From Burkholderiales bacterium (GTDB lineage Bacteria; Pseudomonadota; Gammaproteobacteria; Burkholderiales; SG8-39), in NCBI GenBank assembly GCA_036258355.1, contig DATADT010000380.1, positions 1-33,773 on the forward strand: a stretch of 33,773 nucleotides of DNA, read 5' to 3'. The translations under genes were made by a program, and so were the position numbers. Positions 1 through 10,691 of the stretch are shown here, piece after piece (position 1 is the first letter of the stretch; each line of letters opens with the position of its first letter). Under the pieces are notes generated by a model. That model worked only from the letters and a program-made list of their open reading frames with translations. It did no database searches and was not told the DNA's origin.

Positions 1-58
1 CCTGCTGCGCGAGGCGCAGGCGGTAGCCGAGAAGCCCGGGCAGCAGTCCGGGCCGCAC
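1..58 (-). CDS. possible MarR-family regulator, first 19 codons only (gene runs off the left edge)
   Basis: GTG at 58..56 followed by VRPGLLPGLLGYRLRLAQQ. The LGYxLRxAxQ pattern is typical of the N-terminal part of MarR winged-helix proteins. Divergent from the catabolic operon. Far too short to be sure. Confidence 0.25.
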   Translation of the reverse strand, partial: MRPGLLPGLLGYRLRLAQQ

Positions 59-61
59 AAT

Positions 62-90
62 TTGTTTGGGGTCCAAACGATTGGTAGCAT
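62..90 (+). promoter_or_regulatory. candidate sigma70 promoter (TTGTTT 62..67, 17-nt spacer, TAGCAT 85..90) overlapped by inverted repeat GTTTGG-GGT-CCAAAC (64..78)
   Basis: Read directly. Perfect 6-bp arms with a 3-bp spacer lie across the -35/spacer and 6 nt from the putative divergent regulator start, the usual layout for a MarR-type operator. Confidence 0.3.
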
Positions 91-197
91 CGTAAGTTCT
101 CCGCGCGGCGCATGCAAATCACCCTCGAAGGCCATCCCGACCCGGTGCCGGTGCAGGCAGGTGACACCGTGCTCGTGTCGCGGCGATTTCCCGGCGG

Positions 198-1064
198 ATG
201 AAGATTTGCCGGTTCGATGACGATCGCCTCGGGCTGGTGGAAGGCAGCGAGGTGCTCGATGTAAGCGAGGCGCTCAACGCGATACCGCTGCAGAAGTGGC
301 CGTACCGCCATGGCGACGCGCTGATCGCGCACTTCCCCGCAGTGCTGGAAAAAGCGAACGCTCTGGCGCCGCGCGCGGCGCGCCGCCCGCTCGCGGCCGT
401 GCGCCTGCGGCCGCCGGTCGCCAACCCGTCCAAAATCGTCAACGCGCCGATCAATTATCAAGCGCACATCGACGAGGCGAAGCGCGACCAGGGTATCGCG
501 CACGGCCGGGAAATCAAGACCATCGCGGACTGGGGGCTGTTTCTCAAGTCGCCGAGCTCGCTCGCCGGCGCGGGCGACGGCATCCGGCTGCGCTTTCGCG
601 AGCGGCGCAACGACCACGAGGTCGAGCTCGCCGTGGTCATCGGCCGCGAGGCGAACCGCGTCGACCGCGCGCGCGCACTTGACTATGTATGCGGCTACTC
701 GATCGGCCTCGACATGACCTTGCGCGGCCCTGAGCTTCCGAGCTTTCGCAAGTCGATCGACACTTACAGCGTGCTCGCGCCATGGCTCGTCACGCGCGAC
801 GAGGTGCCCGACCCGGGCAACCTCGAGCTCTGGCTCATGGTGAACGGCGAGCCGCGGCAGCGCTCGAACACGAGCCGCATGGTCTACGACGTTCCGCGGC
901 TGATCGAGTACGCGAGCAGCTTCTACACGCTCTACCCGGGCGACCTGATCTTCAGCGGCACGCCGGAAGGCGTCGGTCCGGTGAAGCCCGGCGACGAGAT
1001 CCGTGCCGGGATCGAGCGCATCGGCGAGTTCACCATCGGCGTCGCCCCCGACTACGCCGGATGA
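198..1064 (+). CDS. fumarylacetoacetate hydrolase (FAH) family protein
   Basis: 288-aa ORF. N-terminal MKICRFDDDRLGLVEG plus a C-terminal FAH fold pattern (HEVELAVVIG, GYSIGLDMTLR, LYPGDLIFSGTPEGVGPVKPGD). Confidence 0.85.
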   Translation: MKICRFDDDRLGLVEGSEVLDVSEALNAIPLQKWPYRHGDALIAHFPAVLEKANALAPRAARRPLAAVRLRPPVANPSKIVNAPINYQAHIDEAKRDQGIAHGREIKTIADWGLFLKSPSSLAGAGDGIRLRFRERRNDHEVELAVVIGREANRVDRARALDYVCGYSIGLDMTLRGPELPSFRKSIDTYSVLAPWLVTRDEVPDPGNLELWLMVNGEPRQRSNTSRMVYDVPRLIEYASSFYTLYPGDLIFSGTPEGVGPVKPGDEIRAGIERIGEFTIGVAPDYAG

Positions 1065-1150
1065 ATCCCGCCGGGCATGCACTTCACGGCGAAATCCCGC
1101 AGTTCGCGCCTGAGCGCAGCGGCTAGAATTTCGCCTTTTCGAGGATCGTC

Positions 1151-1843
1151 ATGGGTTACGCAATCCCCCTATGGACCCCGCCGGCCCTTCCAGTCGCCGG
1201 CACGGCCGACAGCTTTCCGGTCCGGCGCATCTTCTGCGTCGGTCGCAACTACGCCGAGCACCAGAAGGAGATGGGCGGCGACGGGCGCGAGCAGCCGTTT
1301 TTCTTCATCAAGAGCGCGCACACCCTCGTCCCCGGCGGGGGCGAGGTGCGCTATCCCGCGAAGACCTCGAATTACCACTACGAGACCGAGCTGGTGGTTG
1401 CGCTTGCAAAGGGCGGGCGGCGCATCGACGCCAAGCGGGGCAACGATCATGTGTTCGGCTACGCGGTCGGTCTCGACATGACGCGCCGGGACCTGCAGCA
1501 GTGGGGCAAGGACCACGGCCGGCCATGGGACTTCGGGAAGGACTTCGACCAGGCTGCGCCGTGCGGCGCTCTGGTGCCGGCGGCGAAGATCGGCCACCCG
1601 GCGCGCGGGGCGATCTGGCTCACCGTCAACGGCAAGCAGCGCCAGCGCGCCGACCTCGGCGACATGATCTGGTCGGTGCCCGAGCAGATCGCCTACCTTT
1701 CCGAGTACTACACCCTCGAGCCGGGCGACCTCATCTATTCCGGCACGCCGGCCGGCGTGGGCCCCGTCAAGCCCGGCGACGAGCTGCACGCGGGGATCGA
1801 CGGCGTCGGCGAGCTCAAGGTGAACATCCTGCCGCCATTGTGA
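1151..1843 (+). CDS. FAH-family hydrolase, short fumarylpyruvate-hydrolase-like type
   Basis: 230-aa ORF with RIFCVGRNYAEH, YETELVVAL, GYAVGLDMTRRD and LEPGDLIYSGTPAGVGPVKPGD. GGA-rich SD (cgaggatcgtc) lies before the ATG. Confidence 0.85.
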   Translation: MGYAIPLWTPPALPVAGTADSFPVRRIFCVGRNYAEHQKEMGGDGREQPFFFIKSAHTLVPGGGEVRYPAKTSNYHYETELVVALAKGGRRIDAKRGNDHVFGYAVGLDMTRRDLQQWGKDHGRPWDFGKDFDQAAPCGALVPAAKIGHPARGAIWLTVNGKQRQRADLGDMIWSVPEQIAYLSEYYTLEPGDLIYSGTPAGVGPVKPGDELHAGIDGVGELKVNILPPL

Positions 1844-2481
1844 AGCTGTACACGTACTTCCGCAGCTCCGCCGCGTTCCGTGTCCGCATCGCGCTCAATC
1901 TGAAGGGGCTCGTGTACGAGCCGCTTATCGTTCACCTCGCCAAAGGCGAGCACCGAAAGCCGGAATACACCGGCAAGTATCCCCAAGGGCTTCTGCCGAC
2001 TCTCCTGGCCGACGGGCTCGAACTTTCGCAATCGCTCGCCATCATCGAGTACCTCGACGAGACGCGCCCGAACCCAGCGCTTCTTCCGCGCGATGCGCCT
2101 GGCCGGGCCCGGGTGCGCAGCCTCTCGCTCCTTGTTGCGTGCGAGATCCATCCGCTCAACAATCTGCGTACGCTGCAATACCTCAAGCGTCAGCTCGGCC
2201 AGAACGATGATCAGATCAATGCGTGGTACCGCCACTGGATCGCCGACGGCCTCGCGAAGCTGGAAGCCGATCTGCTCCGCGGCAAGAAAAGCAAGTTCTG
2301 CCACGGCGACACGCCGACCATGGCCGACTGCTGCCTGGTGCCGCAGATCTTCAACGCGAAGCGCTACAACTGCGACCTCGCTCCCTACCCGGCGGCGATG
2401 CGCGTGTTCGACGAATGCATGAAGCTCGACGCCTTCGACCGCGCGCAACCCGCCAAGCAACCCGACGCCATGACACCATGA
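1840..2481 (+). CDS. maiA: maleylacetoacetate/maleylpyruvate isomerase (GST zeta class)
   Basis: GTG 1840 overlaps the upstream stop (GTGA). KLYTYFRSSAAFRVRIALNLKG carries the zeta-class SSxxxRVRIAL motif. About 213 aa. It is the C-terminal part of track ORF 1171..2481. Confidence 0.85.
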   Translation: MKLYTYFRSSAAFRVRIALNLKGLVYEPLIVHLAKGEHRKPEYTGKYPQGLLPTLLADGLELSQSLAIIEYLDETRPNPALLPRDAPGRARVRSLSLLVACEIHPLNNLRTLQYLKRQLGQNDDQINAWYRHWIADGLAKLEADLLRGKKSKFCHGDTPTMADCCLVPQIFNAKRYNCDLAPYPAAMRVFDECMKLDAFDRAQPAKQPDAMTP

Positions 2482-3188
2482 CCGATCCAGCCCCTTATCG
2501 CCGGCCGTACCGGGATACCCAGCCGCCATACCTCTTTCCGCCGTATGCATCGACGGTGAAGCGCGCACCGACGCAGCCGCTGGTGCTTCTGCCGCACACT
2601 CTCTCCGAGCTCACCGCACCCCTATTCGGCCACGGCGACATCAAGCCGACCGACTCCGATCTCACCAAGCAGCACAAGGGCGAGCCGCTCGGCGAGCGCA
2701 TCGTTGTCAGCGGCCGCGTGCTGGACGAGAACTCAAGGCCGCTCCCCGGCATCCTGATCGAAATCTGGCAGGCAAATGCCGCCGGGCGCTACAACCACCG
2801 CGTCGACCAGCATGACGCGCCGCTCGACCCGAATTTCACCGGCGCGGGCCGCGTGCTCACCGATGCCGAAGGGCGCTACCGTTTCATGACGATCCGTCCG
2901 GGCGAGTACCCGTGGCGCAATCACCACAACGCCTGGCGTCCGGCGCACATTCACTTTTCGCTGTTCGGTCCCGCGATCGTCCAGCGGCTCATTACGCAGA
3001 TGTACTTCCCCGGCGATCCGCTGCTCGAGTACGACCCGATGTTCACCTGCGTGCCCGATCAGAAAGCGCGCAACCGTCTGATCTCCACCTTCGACTGGGA
3101 GACCACGCTGCCCGAGCTCGCGCTCGGCTACCGCTTCGACATCGTGCTGCGCGGGCGCGAGGCTACACCGATGGAGGACCGCCCATGA
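2478..3188 (+). CDS. pcaH: protocatechuate 3,4-dioxygenase beta subunit
   Basis: ATG 2478 overlaps the maiA stop (ATGA). IEIWQANAAGRYNH and WRPAHIHFSLFG are hallmark intradiol dioxygenase beta-chain motifs. About 236 aa. Confidence 0.92.
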   Translation: MTDPAPYRRPYRDTQPPYLFPPYASTVKRAPTQPLVLLPHTLSELTAPLFGHGDIKPTDSDLTKQHKGEPLGERIVVSGRVLDENSRPLPGILIEIWQANAAGRYNHRVDQHDAPLDPNFTGAGRVLTDAEGRYRFMTIRPGEYPWRNHHNAWRPAHIHFSLFGPAIVQRLITQMYFPGDPLLEYDPMFTCVPDQKARNRLISTFDWETTLPELALGYRFDIVLRGREATPMEDRP

Positions 3189-3748
3189 GCCTGCGCGGCA
3201 CGACGTCACAGACGATCGGCCCGTATCTGCGGATCGGGCTGGAATGGATGGTGATCGAGGACCTGGCGCCGAAAGGCGTCGCCGGCGAGCGCGTGCGCAT
3301 CGAGGGAAGGGTGCTCGACGGCGACGGCAAGCCGGTGAACGATGCCGCGCTCGAAATTTGGCAAGCCAACAGCCACGGCAAATACGCAAGCCCCGAGGAC
3401 AAGCAGGCGAAGCCGGCAGAGCAGGGCTTTCGCGGTTACGGCCGTTCGCTGACCGACGATGCGGGTGCGTTTCGCTTCCGCACCATCAAGCCCGGTCGCG
3501 TGCCCGGCCCCGACGGCAAGCTGCAGGCGCCGCACATCACGGTCACCCTCTTCATGCGCGGGCTGCTGAAGCAGCTTCAGACCCGCATCTACTTTCCCGA
3601 CGATCCGGCCAACGCCGACGACCCGGTGCTGAACCTCATTCCGCCAGAGCGGCGCGGCTCGCTGATAGCGAAGAGGCGCGCCGACGGCGAGTTCGAGTGG
3701 AACGTGGTGCTCCAGGGTAGGAACGAGACGGTGTTCTTCGACTTCTGA
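3185..3748 (+). CDS. pcaG: protocatechuate 3,4-dioxygenase alpha subunit
   Basis: ATG 3185 overlaps the pcaH stop (ATGA). TSQTIGPY, LEIWQANSHGKY and APHITVTLFMRGLL match the alpha chain. About 187 aa. Confidence 0.9.
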   Translation: MSLRGTTSQTIGPYLRIGLEWMVIEDLAPKGVAGERVRIEGRVLDGDGKPVNDAALEIWQANSHGKYASPEDKQAKPAEQGFRGYGRSLTDDAGAFRFRTIKPGRVPGPDGKLQAPHITVTLFMRGLLKQLQTRIYFPDDPANADDPVLNLIPPERRGSLIAKRRADGEFEWNVVLQGRNETVFFDF

Positions 3749-5073
3749 GCCTCGAGCTCGTCTTCTCGGACGCGCACACCGCCGAAGCACTCTCGGACGA
3801 GAAGCTGCTCGCGGCCATGGCGCGCTTCGAGGCGGCCTTGGCCCGCGCCAGCCCAGGCTTCGTTCCGTCCGAGCACGCCGAAACCATCGCACGTGCCTGC
3901 CAAACAGCATCTTTCGATGTCGTCCGGCTGGCAGCCGAAGCGAGGCACGCCGGGACGCTGGCAATTCCGTTCGTGAAGCAATTGACCGCACAGGTACCGG
4001 GAGAAGCCGCGCACTATGTTCATTTCGGCGCAACCAGCCAGGACGTCATTGATACCGGGGTCGTTCTTTGCCTCAAGGAGGCGTCGCAGCGCGTGCTTGC
4101 ATTGGCGCGCCGGCTGGGCGAGGCCGCGGCTCGCCTCGCCGATCGCCACCGTGATACGCCTGCCGTTGCTCGCACACTGCTCCAGCCGGCTACGCCGGTC
4201 CCGTTTGGCTGGAAAGCCGCCGTGTGGCTTTCGCTCGTGGCGAGCTCGTACCGCGCCTTTCGAGCCGCAGCCGACGATGCGTGCGTTCTGCAATTCGGCG
4301 GCGCTGCAGGGACGCTCGCAGCTTTTGGAACCGATGGCGAGGCGGTCGGCACGCGCCTCGCCGGTGAGCTCGGCCTGAGAAAGCCGCCAATCCCCTGGCA
4401 CAGCGCGCGCGATCGGTTTGCCCGGTTCGGCGCTGAAGCCGCGATCCTGGCCGGGGGTTCCGGAAAGATCGCGCGAGACGTGTCGCTGTTGATGCAGCCG
4501 GAAGTCGGCGAAGCCTTCGAACCCGCAGGCGCCGGTCGCGGCGGCTCATCCGCCCTTCCGCACAAGCGCAACCCGGCGGCCTGCCTGCTCGCCCTGGAAG
4601 CTTCGCAACGCGCGCCCGCACTTGCGGCAAGCCTGATGACGAATCTCGTGCCCGAGCACGAGCGCGGCCTCGGTCAGTGGCAGTCGCAATGGCTCACGCT
4701 GAGGAGCCTCATGTCTGCCGCGGCAAGCGGCGTGGCCGCCATGGCGGAGACGCTCGAACGCCTGGAGGTGCGCGCCGATGCCATGGCGGCAAACCTGGAG
4801 CGCACCCAAGGCCTCGTGTTCTCCGAAGCAGTGTCTGTGCGACTGGCGCAGGCGCTCGGCAAGTCGGCGGCGCACGCGCTCACCGAAAAGCTCTGCGCGC
4901 GCGCTGTGGCGCAGAAGAAGCACTTGCGCGACATCCTCCTTGCGGAAGAGGAGGTGGCAAGGATCGTTCCCGCGAGCGAGCTCAAAGTCCTCTTCGACGC
5001 GAAACGTGCGTTCGGCTCGGCGCAGCCGATGATCGACCGGGTGCTCGCTACCTGGCGCGAAACAGCGCTCTGA
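3745..5073 (+). CDS. pcaB: 3-carboxy-cis,cis-muconate cycloisomerase (start uncertain: CTG 3745 or ATG 3817)
   Basis: Fumarate-lyase superfamily motifs HFGATSQDVIDTG and GSSALPHKRNP. Homology to PcaB N-termini (LVFSD...SDEKLLAAM) extends upstream of the first ATG. See finding. Confidence 0.85.
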   Translation: MSLELVFSDAHTAEALSDEKLLAAMARFEAALARASPGFVPSEHAETIARACQTASFDVVRLAAEARHAGTLAIPFVKQLTAQVPGEAAHYVHFGATSQDVIDTGVVLCLKEASQRVLALARRLGEAAARLADRHRDTPAVARTLLQPATPVPFGWKAAVWLSLVASSYRAFRAAADDACVLQFGGAAGTLAAFGTDGEAVGTRLAGELGLRKPPIPWHSARDRFARFGAEAAILAGGSGKIARDVSLLMQPEVGEAFEPAGAGRGGSSALPHKRNPAACLLALEASQRAPALAASLMTNLVPEHERGLGQWQSQWLTLRSLMSAAASGVAAMAETLERLEVRADAMAANLERTQGLVFSEAVSVRLAQALGKSAAHALTEKLCARAVAQKKHLRDILLAEEEVARIVPASELKVLFDAKRAFGSAQPMIDRVLATWRETAL

Positions 5074-5479
5074 CACCCTCGGGTATCTGCTCGCCTTTCA
5101 GCGACGTGCCCGGTCCGCTGGCATAGCGGCCCCAGACGCGCTTCTCGCTGCCCTGCGCAAGCGTCGTGCCGTCGGCGCGCACGATATCGTGCGCGACTAC
5201 GAACGAAGCGCCGCCGAATCGCGCGATGCGCGAGCGCACTTCGCAGCGGTCGCCGTGCTGAGCCGGGGCGAGGAACTGGCAGTCAGCGGCGACCAGCGGC
5301 ATCGCGAGATGCTCTTCACGCATGCGCTTCGGTCCATAGCCCACCGAGCCCATGAAAGCCCAGGTGGCGGCGTCCATCCAGCGAAAATAGGTCGGGTAGA
5401 AAATGATCCCGGCGGGGTCGCAGTCACCCCAGTGCACCTCGCAGGGAAAATGCCACTCGATTGACCGAAACTCGCTCAC
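5048..5479 (-). CDS. 4-hydroxybenzoyl-CoA-thioesterase-type (YbgC-like hotdog) acyl-CoA thioesterase
   Basis: VSEFRSIEWHFPCEVHWGDCDPAGIIFYPTYFRW is the typical 4HBT N-terminus, so I prefer GTG 5479 over the track start at 5530. The 3' end overlaps pcaB by 26 nt. Confidence 0.8.
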   Translation of the reverse strand: MSEFRSIEWHFPCEVHWGDCDPAGIIFYPTYFRWMDAATWAFMGSVGYGPKRMREEHLAMPLVAADCQFLAPAQHGDRCEVRSRIARFGGASFVVAHDIVRADGTTLAQGSEKRVWGRYASGPGTSLKGEQIPEGVRALFRAR

Positions 5480-5496
5480 CGGTCGATTATAAGCCG

Positions 5497-5525
5497 TTGA
5501 CACATCAGGACTTGATGGGCAGAAT
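5497..5525 (+). promoter_or_regulatory. candidate metH promoter (TTGACA 5497..5502, 17-nt spacer, CAGAAT 5520..5525)
   Basis: Perfect -35 hexamer in an intergenic region, correct spacing, and a 4/6 -10. Predicts a leader of about 105 nt. Confidence 0.35.
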
Positions 5526-5594
5526 GCCACGCACCGCGCCGATTTGATGCTCAGCTTGCGGGCGCACTACAAATACCGCTAAAGAGACGCGCCC

Positions 5595-5634
5595 GAAGCC
5601 CGTTCTCTGCAAGCCGAGCGGGCTTTTTCGTTTT
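5595..5634 (+). terminator. intrinsic-terminator-like hairpin plus T-run inside the metH leader (candidate attenuator)
   Basis: AAGCCCG (5596..5602) pairs with CGGGCTT (5619..5625), followed by TTTTTCGTTTT. It ends 6 nt before the metH ATG. No plus-strand gene lies upstream that it could terminate. Confidence 0.4.
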
Positions 5635-5639
5635 CAGGC

Positions 5640-9323
<3,684 letters not shown>

Positions 9324-9331
9324 TCGCCGCC

Positions 9332-9430
9332 ATGGGAAAAGGCGACAAACGCACGCGCCGCGGCAAGATCTACCGCGCCAGCTACGGCAAGAAGCGGCCG
9401 CACCGCCGGCCCAAGCCCAAGAAAACCTAA
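9332..9430 (+). CDS. 30S ribosomal protein THX (32 aa)
   Basis: Not in the ORF track. ATG 9332 to TAA 9428..9430 encodes MGKGDKRTRRGKIYRASYGKKRPHRRPKPKKT, matching my recollection of the THX family (MGKGD.RT.RGK...S.GK.RP). Confidence 0.8.
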   Translation: MGKGDKRTRRGKIYRASYGKKRPHRRPKPKKT

Positions 9431-9440
9431 GTCGTCTTCG

Positions 9441-10688
9441 CTAACTCTCTTCGCGGCGGCCGACCGGCAGGCCGAGCGCCTTGAGCTTTCGGTAGAGGTG
9501 CGTGCGTTCTAGTCCGGAGCGCTCCGCCACGCGCGACATGCTGCCATTCTCGCGTGCGAGCAGGTGCTCGAAGTACACCCGCTCGAACGCTTCGCGCGCC
9601 TCCCGGTAAGGCCGGTCGAACGCCACTTCGGGCAGCGTTCCCGGCGCAGCGCGCGCGCTCAGCACACGCCCGACGTCCTCCAGCTGGATCTCCTCTTCCA
9701 GCGAGCTGAGCGCGAGATCCTTCACCACGCTCTCGAGCTCGGCGAGGTTCCCCGGCCAGCCGTGGTGGCGCAGGGCGTTCAGCGCCGCGATGGCAAAGCG
9801 GCGCGGCGGGCAGGCCCGCGCCTCCACCAGCTGTACTAGCATGATAGAAGCGAGGTCGGGCACGTCCTCGGCGAATTCACGCACCGCCGGCAGCTTGAGC
9901 GTGAGCTCGCCCAGCCGCGCGCCGAGCTCGGGATCGAAGCCGCCCTTCTCCGCCAGGGTGCGCACGTCGAAGGGTGAGAACGATACCAGGCGCACGCGGT
10001 GCTTCTCGGCACGCGGCAGCAGAAACTCGAGGTTGCGCTGCTCGGCATGACCGAGGCGGCTCAGGTCGGCAATGAAAAGCACGCCCCCCGCCGCTCTGGC
10101 GAGCAGCTCCGAGGGGGGCAGCGCCAGCATCTCGCCACCGGTGAGGAACGGCGCGCCAGGGGCTGCGAGCAGGCGCGCGAACAGCTCCGCGCGCATGCCG
10201 CGCTCGCCGCGCAGGAGCAGCGGCGCGCCCGATCCGGCGAGCTGCGCCAGCCGCTTTTTCGCCTCCGCGATGGCGGGCGCGCGCCCGAGCGCGGCGATGG
10301 AGAATTCCGGCGCCGCCGCGGTCTCCGGGTTGCGCAGCGCGCGCTTCACCGTGGAAAGCAGGCGCTGCAGCGCGATCGGCTTCTCGAGGAAGTCCAGCGC
10401 ACCGATGCGGGTTGCCTCCACCGCGGTCTCGATCGTGGCGTGCCCGGACATCATCACCACCGGCATGGTGAGCTGGCCGCTCGCGGCCCACTCCTTGAGC
10501 AGCGTGATGCCGTCGGCGTCCGGCATCCAGATGTCGAGCAGCACGAGGTCGGGACGGGCGCGCTCGCGCAGCCGGCGCGCATCGCTCGCGCTTTCGGCGA
10601 CGACCACCTGATGGCCCTCGTCGGCCAGAATCTCCGACAGGAGCTCCCGGATGCCGATCTCGTCGTCGACGACCAGGATCTGCGCCAT
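9441..10688 (-). CDS. ntrX: NtrX-like response regulator (receiver + degenerate AAA+ + Fis-type HTH)
   Basis: Receiver domain has DDE, LLDIWMPDADG and LEKP. The central domain keeps WPGNLAELE but has a degenerate Walker A/B and no GAFTGA. C-terminal HTH is MSRVAERSGLERTHLYRKLK. Lies 3 nt downstream of ntrY. Confidence 0.8.
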   Translation of the reverse strand: MAQILVVDDEIGIRELLSEILADEGHQVVVAESASDARRLRERARPDLVLLDIWMPDADGITLLKEWAASGQLTMPVVMMSGHATIETAVEATRIGALDFLEKPIALQRLLSTVKRALRNPETAAAPEFSIAALGRAPAIAEAKKRLAQLAGSGAPLLLRGERGMRAELFARLLAAPGAPFLTGGEMLALPPSELLARAAGGVLFIADLSRLGHAEQRNLEFLLPRAEKHRVRLVSFSPFDVRTLAEKGGFDPELGARLGELTLKLPAVREFAEDVPDLASIMLVQLVEARACPPRRFAIAALNALRHHGWPGNLAELESVVKDLALSSLEEEIQLEDVGRVLSARAAPGTLPEVAFDRPYREAREAFERVYFEHLLARENGSMSRVAERSGLERTHLYRKLKALGLPVGRREES

Positions 10689-10691
10689 GGC

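Noticed and set aside
1122-1130. Identical 9-mer GCTAGAATT upstream of the second FAH gene and again at 30422..30430 upstream of pckG
   Set aside because: Both may be -10-like elements, but a shared 9-mer between two sites in 34 kb is expected many times over by chance. Not evidence for a common regulator.
5531-5594. Possible SAH or SAM-II riboswitch aptamer upstream of metH. SAH riboswitches are known upstream of betaproteobacterial metH
   Set aside because: I could not find the conserved AGGAGCGCUGC ... CAGGCUCG ... AACGGCGCUCAC-type blocks of the SAH element as I remember them, nor a convincing SAM-II GAUUU/GCUU/AAAGCU arrangement. Left as an unclassified attenuator-like leader pending an Infernal search.
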